Of a stretch of 64,000 nucleotides of DNA, positions 20,038 through 28,193 are shown one piece after another. The translations under genes and the position numbers were made by a program. The notes beneath the pieces are model-generated. The model worked only from the letters and a program-made list of their open reading frames with translations. It had not been told where the DNA came from and did no database searches. Source of the stretch: Verrucomicrobiota bacterium (GTDB taxonomy: Bacteria > Verrucomicrobiota > Verrucomicrobiia > Chthoniobacterales > JAFAMB01). Positions within the stretch are counted from its first letter, which is position 1. Every line of letters begins with the position of its first letter. The DNA is taken from positions 2,380 through 66,379 of the forward strand of contig JBEEIB010000008.1 in NCBI GenBank assembly GCA_041167675.1, in the 5' to 3' direction.

Positions 20038-22707
20038 ATGATCGCAATCCGTTATGAACGTGGAGTCCATTTACCGGGTCTGGATCTTTGGCTCGACCCA
20101 TGGGATGAGCAGCGGACGGCGTTCGTCTCCCATGCCCACAGTGACCATATTGGGAATCATCGAGAAGTAATACTTTCCACGATTACGGCCAAATTGATGA
20201 CGGCTCGACTGCCTGGAAACCGCATCGAACATCACCTGGAATTTCGGGTTCCATTCTCTTTTCGCAATGCGCAGCTCACGTTGTACCCAGCCGGTCATAT
20301 TTACGGCTCAGCTCAGGCGCACGTTTTATTCGAAAATCAGAGTTTACTATACACGGGTGATTTTAAGTTGCGCAAAGGTAAGTCGGCTGAGCCGATCGAA
20401 TGGTGTAAGTCTGATACTCTTATCATGGAAACGACCTACGGCTTGCCACGTTACGTTTTCCCGCCGACCGACCAGGTGGTCACGCAGTTAGTCAAGTTCT
20501 GCGCCGAGGCTATCGAGGATGACGCTACTCCAATATTGTTTGGCTACTCGCTAGGCAAGGCACAGGAGATACTGGCCGCGCTGTTTGGATCCGGATTCCG
20601 CGTCTTGCTTCATCCGACTGTTTTTCGGATGACGAAATTGTATGAAGCACTGCAAGACCGACTGCCACCGTATTCATTATATCGCTCGGAGGAATTGCCG
20701 GGTAGTGTCCTGATTTGTCCGCCCAGTGCTAATCGGACAAGATTAGTTCAGAGCATCAAATCACGAAGAACCGCCATGCTCACTGGCTGGGCACTAAATC
20801 CCGGAGCTAACTATCGTTTTCAGTGTGATGCGGCATTTCCTCTTTCGGATCACGCGGACTATTCCGATCTCTTGAAGTATGTGGAATTAGTCCGACCCCA
20901 ACGGGTTTTTACACTGCATGGCTATGCGAACGAATTTGCAGAAGATCTCCGTCGTCGAGGAGTGGAAGCCTGGGCCCTCGGCGAAGATAACCAGCTGGAA
21001 CTCGCGGTAACACTGGCAATGCCGGAAGTGCCGGTTGCTCGTGATTTTGTCTCGACCCTAGACGACCGTTGCGCGTTTGGCAGATTGGTTGCCGTCTGCG
21101 AAGCAATCAGCGAAGTCACAGGAAAACTGCGAAAGATCGAGCTTTTATCTAACTACTTGCGCAGTCTCGAGCCCGACGATTTGCGGGCGGCAAGCATCTA
21201 TCTCACCGGTCATCCGTTCTCCCAAGCCGATGCTCGAGTGCTGCAAATTGGGTGGGCAGTTGTGCAAAAGTCCCTTATGCAGGCGGCTGCTATTTCTGAG
21301 CTCGAATTTCGACGGATCTCGGCCGGCTATGGTGATGCGGGAAAAGTTGCTTACGAAGTGTTACTCGGAAAAACGACACCGCGCCCGTTCTCGATTGCCG
21401 AAGTGAAAGCGCGATTTGAGAAGCTGGAACAAGCTTCCGGACCGGCGGCCAAGACTGCGCTCCTGACGACCTGGCTGACCGAGCTGGACGCGGCCAGAGG
21501 GAGTTATGTGATCAGAATATTGACCGGTGATCTCAGGATCGGTTTGAAAGAGGGGTTAGTGGAAGAAAGTATTGCTGCTGCCTTTGCCGCGGAGATAGAT
21601 CAAGTACGAGAGGCCCATATGTTGACGGGAGATCTGGGCGAAACCGCGGTTCTGGCATTGAGACATTCGCTGGATACGGCTTCGGTTAATCTATTTCGGC
21701 CCATCAAGTCGATGTTGGGCATTGCTGAACCGACGGCGGATGCGATTGCGAAGCGACTAAGCAATGATTTCCGCGAGCCGCAGGCAATCGCGGAACAGAA
21801 ACTGGATGGTATTCGAGCCCAACTGCACGTGGGCAAAGACCAGAATCGGGTCTATAGTCGAGATCTCCGCGACATCTCCGATCAATTTGCAGAACTAACG
21901 GATCTGAAGTTCTCTCAGACTTTGATCTTGGACGGCGAGGTTCTCGCCTACGACCCCGGACGAAAGCTTACTTTCTTCGATCTGCAAAGACGGCTGGGGC
22001 GAAAGCGGCATCTCGATCTGTTTGAGACCAACGATGTACCCATTGTGTTTGTCGCTTTCGATCTGCTTTGGCTCGACGGAGTGAGTTTGTTGAAGGAGCC
22101 GCTGCGTCGGCGACGGTCATTACTGGAATCGCTGGAATTGCCCGACCTGGTACACCGATCGCATATTCGCCTGGTCTCCACTTCCGATCAAATCGAAGCA
22201 GCCTTCGTTGCTTCAAGGCAAGCGGGCAACGAAGGGTTGATGGTAAAGGATCAAGATAGTTTATACCAGCCGGGCCGACGAGGAGGCAGTTGGATCAAAC
22301 TGAAGAAAGAATTGGCAACTCTCGACGTCGTGGTAGTCGCGGCCGAGCAAGGTCATGGTAAGCGAAGCCACCTGCTGAGCGATTACACGTTTGCCCTCCG
22401 TAATGAGGAAACGCAGGCGCTCGAGACGATTGGCAAAGCCTACTCTGGATTAACCGATTCCGAGATCGAAGAATTAACTGAACATTTCCGTAAAACGACA
22501 GTTCGTCTGAAAGGTCGACTTCACGAAGTATTTCCGGACGTCGTGCTGGAGGTCGCTTTTGACTCGATCCAGCCGAGTCCTCGTCATTCGAGCGGGTTGG
22601 CGCTCCGATTTCCCAGGATCAAATCGATTCGGCACGACAAAACGGTCAGTGAGATCGACACCGTCGAAACCGCCAAGCGGCTGGTTGCGAGCAGTCGCGT
22701 CTTTTAA
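20038..22707 (+). CDS. fusion protein: ligase-associated MBL/beta-CASP exonuclease + ATP-dependent DNA ligase
   Basis: 889 aa. N-terminal roughly 330 aa carry HAHSDH, SDHAD and TLHG (beta-CASP-like). The C-terminal part has ligase motif I EQKLDGIRAQL, EGLMVK, and WIKLKK before the OB region. Confidence 0.9.
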   Translation: MIAIRYERGVHLPGLDLWLDPWDEQRTAFVSHAHSDHIGNHREVILSTITAKLMTARLPGNRIEHHLEFRVPFSFRNAQLTLYPAGHIYGSAQAHVLFENQSLLYTGDFKLRKGKSAEPIEWCKSDTLIMETTYGLPRYVFPPTDQVVTQLVKFCAEAIEDDATPILFGYSLGKAQEILAALFGSGFRVLLHPTVFRMTKLYEALQDRLPPYSLYRSEELPGSVLICPPSANRTRLVQSIKSRRTAMLTGWALNPGANYRFQCDAAFPLSDHADYSDLLKYVELVRPQRVFTLHGYANEFAEDLRRRGVEAWALGEDNQLELAVTLAMPEVPVARDFVSTLDDRCAFGRLVAVCEAISEVTGKLRKIELLSNYLRSLEPDDLRAASIYLTGHPFSQADARVLQIGWAVVQKSLMQAAAISELEFRRISAGYGDAGKVAYEVLLGKTTPRPFSIAEVKARFEKLEQASGPAAKTALLTTWLTELDAARGSYVIRILTGDLRIGLKEGLVEESIAAAFAAEIDQVREAHMLTGDLGETAVLALRHSLDTASVNLFRPIKSMLGIAEPTADAIAKRLSNDFREPQAIAEQKLDGIRAQLHVGKDQNRVYSRDLRDISDQFAELTDLKFSQTLILDGEVLAYDPGRKLTFFDLQRRLGRKRHLDLFETNDVPIVFVAFDLLWLDGVSLLKEPLRRRRSLLESLELPDLVHRSHIRLVSTSDQIEAAFVASRQAGNEGLMVKDQDSLYQPGRRGGSWIKLKKELATLDVVVVAAEQGHGKRSHLLSDYTFALRNEETQALETIGKAYSGLTDSEIEELTEHFRKTTVRLKGRLHEVFPDVVLEVAFDSIQPSPRHSSGLALRFPRIKSIRHDKTVSEIDTVETAKRLVASSRVF

Positions 22708-22726
22708 TCTTGCTCAAAATTAAAAG

Positions 22727-23149
22727 CTACGCAGCTGCGAATTGGCCAGGACCAACCTGACGCACGCCTTTCAGTCGATAAATTCGGGCGAACAGATTTT
22801 TCTTCGGCTCGGGAGAATTGAATTTATACCCGTTTTTCATCAGGCCTTCGAGAATTTCGGATACGCCCATTGGACCGCTCCGCGATTTGAGCACGCGCAC
22901 AACGGCTGGCGCTAAAGGCCCGCTCGGCGACGTCGATCGGCGACCGCGGCTCCGGCCAATCAATACAGTCGATCCAGACCGGCGTCCTCGAGCGGCGGCA
23001 CGGTTAGCTCTCCTGGCGACTGGTGGGCGAGCAACGACATTAGCAAACTCTTCTTTGGTTTCGAGCACTCGATCCAACTCTGATTGCAACCTTTCAATTC
23101 TCTCCTGAATCTCGGCAGCCTTTCTTAAGGTAGAGGAAGTTAATTTCAC
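22727..23149 (-). CDS. hypothetical protein (coiled coil, Arg-rich linker, winged-helix-like C-terminus)
   Basis: 140 aa. N-terminal heptad-like segment, RRANRAAARGRRSGS...RSRGRRS linker, and a compact C-terminal domain VVRVLKSRSGPMGVSEILEGLMKNGYKF. Confidence 0.5.
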   Translation of the reverse strand: MKLTSSTLRKAAEIQERIERLQSELDRVLETKEEFANVVARPPVARRANRAAARGRRSGSTVLIGRSRGRRSTSPSGPLAPAVVRVLKSRSGPMGVSEILEGLMKNGYKFNSPEPKKNLFARIYRLKGVRQVGPGQFAAA

Positions 23150-23352
23150 AGTATGGAAGCTATTCCCTGTTCTTTTGATTGCAAGGGACTTTAGCTAACT
23201 CACAATCTAGACGCGATGATGTTAATCGAAGAAAGCGACACCGCAGACGAAAATAAGACGAAAATCCGAGAAACAGGTGAACCGCAACGGGCTGATAGAA
23301 ACAGTGTTCTTCTCGTTGACACTTTTCCCAGGTTATTCCTTAAGTGATACCA

Positions 23353-24471
23353 ATGTGTAATGAGGCCATCTCATTTGCTCCCGGACGGGTCGAGCTACTT
23401 GGCAACCACACTGACTATAATCAGGGCCTCGTGTTATCTGCCGCTATCCATTTGGGCGTGACTGTTCGTGCCAGAAAAGACAGTTCCAACCTAATCACAG
23501 TAAGTTCCGCCACCAACGGACGGCGCGCCGAAATCGATATTTCAAGTATTGCACGGCTTCACACCGAGTCCTGGGCCAACTATCCACTAGGGGTCATTGA
23601 GACGTTGAGACAGACCGGTTTTCCACTGGGCGGAACTACAATTGATATCGATAGCGACCTGCCGTTAGGTGCTGGCCTTTCCAGTTCGGCCGCGTTGGAG
23701 GTTGCTACCGCATTTGCGCTCCGTGAGCTGTATCAACTTCCACTGGATCCGATGCAAATTGCTAAGCTCTGCCAACGGGCTGAAAACGAGTTCGTCGGCG
23801 TGCAGTGTGGACTTCTAGATCAGGCATCTTCGGTATTTGGTCAGGCGGGAAAAGCAATTCTCCTAGATTTCCGTTCCGTAACCGCCGAACCGATTGGGTT
23901 GCCTTCGGAGGTAGCCATTCTGTTGTTAGCTTCCGGAATTCCACATGCACTAACGGGCGGAGAGTACAACGAACGGCGCGAGCAATGCGCTAGAGCTGCA
24001 GCTCTGCTCGGTGTGACTGCACTACGCGAAACGACAACAGCGGCGGTCCAAGCGGCCAAAATGGACCCGGTGGTGCAACGACGCGCGCTCCATATCACGG
24101 GAGAAAACGAGCGGGTCAGTCGAGGAATTAAGGCGCTGCGCCGCGACGATCCGGAGACATTTGGTCAGTTGATGTTCGAATCGCATCGAAGCTCCCGGGA
24201 CAACTTTGAGAACAGCACGCCTGCCTTAGACTGTTTGGTAGAAATAGCCGAGCAGACGTCCGGTGTTTATGGCTCCAGATTAACCGGTGGCGGTTTTGGC
24301 GGATCGACAGTTTCACTGGTCAGTCGTGCGCAAGCCGACCAAATTAAAGAGTCGATGGTTGAGCAATATTTTGAGCGAATGGGCATACGCTCTTCGTCGA
24401 TGCTAACACTCCCATCCCAAGGAGCCGTTATTCTTGCCTCAAGCTCGGATGAGATGACAAATAGCAAATAG
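23353..24471 (+). CDS. galK: galactokinase
   Basis: GRVELLGNHTDYN (galactokinase signature) and GHMP motif PLGAGLSSSAA. ATG 23353 is preferred to the GTG at 23344. The last 5 codons and the stop lie in a heptamer array. Confidence 0.87.
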   Translation: MCNEAISFAPGRVELLGNHTDYNQGLVLSAAIHLGVTVRARKDSSNLITVSSATNGRRAEIDISSIARLHTESWANYPLGVIETLRQTGFPLGGTTIDIDSDLPLGAGLSSSAALEVATAFALRELYQLPLDPMQIAKLCQRAENEFVGVQCGLLDQASSVFGQAGKAILLDFRSVTAEPIGLPSEVAILLLASGIPHALTGGEYNERREQCARAAALLGVTALRETTTAAVQAAKMDPVVQRRALHITGENERVSRGIKALRRDDPETFGQLMFESHRSSRDNFENSTPALDCLVEIAEQTSGVYGSRLTGGGFGGSTVSLVSRAQADQIKESMVEQYFERMGIRSSSMLTLPSQGAVILASSSDEMTNSK

Positions 24472-24487
24472 CGGATAGCAAATTGGA
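24453..24487. repeat. heptamer array GATGACA AATAGCA AATAGCG GATAGCA AATTGGA
   Basis: Five 7-nt units that overlap the galK 3' end (MTNSK*). Confidence 0.75.
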
Positions 24488-24568
24488 GGTTCGGCGGTCC
24501 CGGCGTTTCTATTCGGGTAATAAATTTTACGTTGGGCAACGCTAAATTTGGGTTAGGGTCTCGCAGCG

Positions 24569-25504
24569 ATGGAAAAGAGCGTCACTCCGCGGCTGGCCGA
24601 TATTCTTAAATCGTACGAAAATATCGGCGGCATCAACAATATTGATGGGTCCAATCTGCCCTCAAAACGGGCCGTAGCCCAAATCTGTGACGATCTTCTG
24701 CAAATCCTGTTTCCAGGGTACCACGATGAGGAACCCATTCATTCCGAGCAAGTAGCGCAAATTATTTCTGCTCGCGTTCTGAGCGTTGCCGATCGCATAC
24801 GGATCGAAGCATTTAAAAGCCTGAGAACTCGGGAGCCGCGATGCCCGGAGAAACAAGCCGAAGCCATCACACTTGATCTGATTCGATGCATTCCCAAGAT
24901 TCGTCTGCTTTTACGTACCGATGTAGAAGCGGCATATGAGGGCGATCCGGCAAGTAAGAGTTACGAGGAAATAATCGTTAGCTATCCCTGTGTCGAGGCG
25001 ATCGCCATTCAACGCATCGCACACGCCCTTTATTTAATGGAGCTGCCATTGCTCCCGCGGATTATGACCGAGTGGGCCCATAGCCGGACAGGGATCGATA
25101 TTCATCCGGGCGCCCAAATCGGTGACTATTTCTTTATCGATCACGGAACCGGTGTCGTCATCGGCGAAACCTGCGTTATCGGAGACCACGTAAAGCTCTA
25201 TCACGGGGTTACCCTGGGAGCGCGGAGCTTCCAAAAAGATGATGAGGGCCGAATTAAAAAGGGCGGCAAGCGACATCCAAATGTTGAGGATTGGGTTACG
25301 ATCTATCCAAATTCCACCATTCTGGGAGGAGAGACGACGATCGGAGCTCATACCACAATCGGAGCGAATGTGTTCTTAATGGAAAGCGTTCCGCCAAACT
25401 CTTTGGTCACGAACGAAAAATCGCAGGTCAAGATCGTCTCCAAACGAGATCTAACCGCACAGAGCAATGGAGCGGCGGAGCCGTTGCCGGAATATGAGAT
25501 CTGA
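24569..25504 (+). CDS. cysE: serine O-acetyltransferase (long form)
   Basis: Hexapeptide-repeat core DIHPGAQIGDYFFIDHGTGVVIGETCVIGDHVKLYHGVTLG with a SATase-type N-terminal helical region. Confidence 0.88.
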   Translation: MEKSVTPRLADILKSYENIGGINNIDGSNLPSKRAVAQICDDLLQILFPGYHDEEPIHSEQVAQIISARVLSVADRIRIEAFKSLRTREPRCPEKQAEAITLDLIRCIPKIRLLLRTDVEAAYEGDPASKSYEEIIVSYPCVEAIAIQRIAHALYLMELPLLPRIMTEWAHSRTGIDIHPGAQIGDYFFIDHGTGVVIGETCVIGDHVKLYHGVTLGARSFQKDDEGRIKKGGKRHPNVEDWVTIYPNSTILGGETTIGAHTTIGANVFLMESVPPNSLVTNEKSQVKIVSKRDLTAQSNGAAEPLPEYEI

Positions 25505-25779
25505 TCATTCTCGCCTTAGGCTCGAATGAAATCGCAAATCGCAAATCGCAGATAGCAAATTGGCCGACAGAGCTGTTCAGTGCGTTGGCCCTTTATCCGG
25601 CGCGAGGTATCGATCGAGTGGACCCTCACGAATCATTAGTCCCGGCCCGGTATCGTCGCGAACATCGGGCATCCGTGATCGGTGATAGCGCGCGGAAGCG
25701 CCAGATGGCGAACACAAAAGTCAATCTGCTATCTGCTATTTGCTATCTGTCATTTCATTCGAGCCTAAGGCGAGAATGA
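25505..25779. repeat. 275-bp inverted-repeat (MITE-like) element with heptamer sub-arrays
   Basis: 25505-25532 is the perfect reverse complement of 25752-25779 (28 nt). The arms extend to about 58 nt (24 of 30 further matches) through AATCGCA/GATAGCA arrays. The centre is 159 nt. Confidence 0.75.
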
Positions 25780-25784
25780 CGGCG

Positions 25785-26084
25785 TTAGTACAGCTGCTCC
25801 TCTTCGTGAAGTCCGGAGCCTTCCCGGATCGAGCGGAGGCGACGGCGCACCCCGAGCTTGGATCGAGGACCATTGATCAAGTCAACGACTACGCCGCCGA
25901 CGGCAGGAACAAAGGTGGCAACTGCGACAACCATCAGTCCGAGCGCGACCGTAGCTTGATTCTTTTTGTCTAGCCTACTGCCCAAGAGAATTCCGAATGC
26001 GCAAGCGATTGTTGCCTGAGAAACGCTTAAGAGAGTTGCCGAGGTGAGTGATAAAGTTAGAGTCTTACTGTGCTCGGTCGTCAT
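25785..26084 (-). CDS. small membrane protein (two predicted TM helices)
   Basis: 99 aa with two hydrophobic stretches (ATIACAFGILLG and LGLMVVAVATFVPAVGGVVV). No family recognised. Confidence 0.45.
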   Translation of the reverse strand: MTTEHSKTLTLSLTSATLLSVSQATIACAFGILLGSRLDKKNQATVALGLMVVAVATFVPAVGGVVVDLINGPRSKLGVRRRLRSIREGSGLHEEEQLY

Positions 26085-26271
26085 ACAAAGTGTCGATTAA
26101 TTAGAATGGGCCTTTACATTTTATTAAACGACTCGAATTATCGCTTCGAGCCGGACAATTAATCGGGGATTAATCGTCAACAGTTTTGTTCTCCAGGAGC
26201 ACTCGAGGATGTATATTTGAGAAGATTTCAAACAGGGATACTGAGCCAATAGTTCAGGCGAGTTTTACGCA

Positions 26272-27333
26272 ATGTCGAATTCTTTTTATGCCTTAGTCCT
26301 GGCAGGCGGAAGCGGCACCCGCTTCTGGCCCTTAAGTCGCAAGACTACGCCCAAGCAGCTTCTCCGCTTATTTAACGATAGCACTTTGCTGGAAGAGACG
26401 CTGCTTCGCTTAGAGGGACTCATCCCGCCGGAGAATATTCTGATCTTAACCAACGAGGAACAAGAGCAAGCTGTCCGAGAGCTCCTCAGAAAACATCCGC
26501 CAGAGAACATCTATGCCGAACCAGCCAAACGCGATACCGCGGCAGCAATCGCGTTGGGAGTCGGATTGATCGCTGCCCGCGACTCGGGAGCGACAATGGT
26601 AGTACTTCCCGCGGATCATCTCATCAGAGATCGTTCGGCATTCCAAACCGATTTGCGAGCCGCGGCCAAGGCGGCAGAGCAAAGCGGCGATTTGATCACT
26701 ATCGGAATCAAGCCAACCTGGGCGTGCCCGGGATTCGGTTACATCGAAAAAGGCGTGAAGACTTATGGACCCGCCAACGACTTATTTGAAGTCGTGCGGT
26801 TCCGAGAGAAGCCAGCCGTCGATTTGGCCGAGTCATTTGTTCGCAGCGGTAATTTCTTTTGGAACGCCGGGATTTTTATTTGGACGGTAAAAGCCATTCT
26901 AACCGAGTTAAACCGTCACGCACCCGAACTCGGCGAATTCGTCTCCTGTATTCGCCACTCGGTTGATTTCGGCAAATTATTGAAAAAACGGTTCCCCTCT
27001 TTGCCCAAAATCTCGATCGATTATGCGGTGATGGAGAAAGCCGGACGCGTGCTGGTTAGACCGGCTTCTTTCGACTGGGACGACGTTGGCAGCTGGACAG
27101 CAGTGGCAAAGTATTTCGATCAACTGCCCAATGGCAATACGGCCAACTGCCCAGTTACGTCGGAAAAGTCTGGAAATAACATTGTATTTTCCAAGGACAA
27201 GCTTCAGGTAGCTTTGCTGGGCGTCAGTGATCTGATCGTTGTCCAAACCGAGGACGCTATCCTGGTGTGCAATCGTCACGAAGTAGAAAACGTAAAGAAG
27301 CTGGTGGAGTCACTTCCGGACAAACTCCAATGA
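26272..27333 (+). CDS. mannose-1-phosphate guanylyltransferase
   Basis: 353 aa. N-terminal LVLAGGSGTRFWPLSR nucleotidyltransferase motif and ...GFGYIE... typical of the ManC/CpsB N-terminal domain. Confidence 0.88.
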   Translation: MSNSFYALVLAGGSGTRFWPLSRKTTPKQLLRLFNDSTLLEETLLRLEGLIPPENILILTNEEQEQAVRELLRKHPPENIYAEPAKRDTAAAIALGVGLIAARDSGATMVVLPADHLIRDRSAFQTDLRAAAKAAEQSGDLITIGIKPTWACPGFGYIEKGVKTYGPANDLFEVVRFREKPAVDLAESFVRSGNFFWNAGIFIWTVKAILTELNRHAPELGEFVSCIRHSVDFGKLLKKRFPSLPKISIDYAVMEKAGRVLVRPASFDWDDVGSWTAVAKYFDQLPNGNTANCPVTSEKSGNNIVFSKDKLQVALLGVSDLIVVQTEDAILVCNRHEVENVKKLVESLPDKLQ

Positions 27334-27785
27334 GCGGGCGCTGGCTGGGAGTCGACTATGGTGATGTCCGCATCGGGCTTGCGCTTTCGGATGAACTGGC
27401 TCTGCTGGCGCATCCGGCAGCAACCTTGGCGAACGACGGCTCCACGCTAGCGACTATTCGGGATCTGGTAATTCGGAAGCAAGTAACAGGAATCGTGCTC
27501 GGAATTCCCCGAAATATGAATGGCACGTTCGGCCCTTCCGCGGATAAGGCGAAGAAGTTCGGCGAAGAGCTCCGGAAACACTTACCGGAGCAACGGCTTA
27601 TATTTTGGGATGAACGCCTAACGACGGCCGAGGCTCAACGCGTTTTGCATGGAGCCGGCAAGAACACAAAATCCAGCCGGCCGGTATTGGACCAGGTAGC
27701 GGCCCAAATCCTCCTTCAAAGCTACCTGGATTCTCTGCAGTTGGCCGCACCAGGGGGAGAGTTGGAGAATACCGATGGCGGGTAA
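27330..27785 (+). CDS. ruvX: Holliday junction resolvase-like protein RuvX (YqgF)
   Basis: Start at ATG 27330 (MSGRWLGVDYGDVRIGLALSD), overlapping the upstream stop as ATGA. YqgF-type DxGxxRxG N-terminus. Confidence 0.88.
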   Translation: MSGRWLGVDYGDVRIGLALSDELALLAHPAATLANDGSTLATIRDLVIRKQVTGIVLGIPRNMNGTFGPSADKAKKFGEELRKHLPEQRLIFWDERLTTAEAQRVLHGAGKNTKSSRPVLDQVAAQILLQSYLDSLQLAAPGGELENTDGG

Positions 27786-27831
27786 GGCCAGGCATTAGCC
27801 GCTAACGTAAGCGTCCGCCCCCCTGAACCGA

Positions 27832-27990
27832 TCAACCTAGGCGATCAAGTTCACGCAGGATCTGGTAACAATCACCGCATACCTGTTTCTTCTCAATGAT
27901 GTAATGAACGGGAACAACGGCCGAATCTTCCCACTGGCCTGGTTCCTCAACACAATCTTCGCCGCAATTCCAACACTTCGATTCTGTCAT
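27832..27990 (-). CDS. candidate small zinc-ribbon protein (52 aa)
   Basis: My own translation: MTESKCWNCGEDCVEEPGQWEDSAVVPVHYIIEKKQVCGDCYQILRELDRLG*. Two CxxC pairs. Below the ORF-track cut-off and with no strong RBS. Confidence 0.4.
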   Translation of the reverse strand: MTESKCWNCGEDCVEEPGQWEDSAVVPVHYIIEKKQVCGDCYQILRELDRLG

Positions 27991-28193
27991 TCGTAACGCT
28001 TTGCACTTCGCTTTCTCCGCTCAATCGCTGCAATAAAGCAGATATCATACCTAATCATCCGGTATGGCGTCAAAATATTTCTGTTTTTCACGCGCTTTCA
28101 GCGATTGTAGGGCCTCAGCGCAATTTTCGGTAACGCGACCCTACTCACACGCCGGAACGCCCTGGCACGCGCCCTTGTACAGAACTCTCCTCC

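Noticed and set aside
23316-23345. TTGACA-N18-TTAAGT promoter-like pair that would make galK leaderless at ATG 23353
   Set aside because: The -10 element matches the consensus at only 3 of 6 positions and the spacer is long. This cannot be supported without transcription-start data.
25524-25565. Heptamer arrays as a possible CRISPR or mini-CRISPR
   Set aside because: The units are 7 nt and directly abutting, with no spacers. No cas genes are present. This is not CRISPR architecture.
25585-25779. 64-aa ORF inside the 275-bp inverted-repeat element, as a possible transposase remnant
   Set aside because: It is too short, shows no DDE/HUH/Y1 motifs, and runs into the repeat arm. It is considered spurious.
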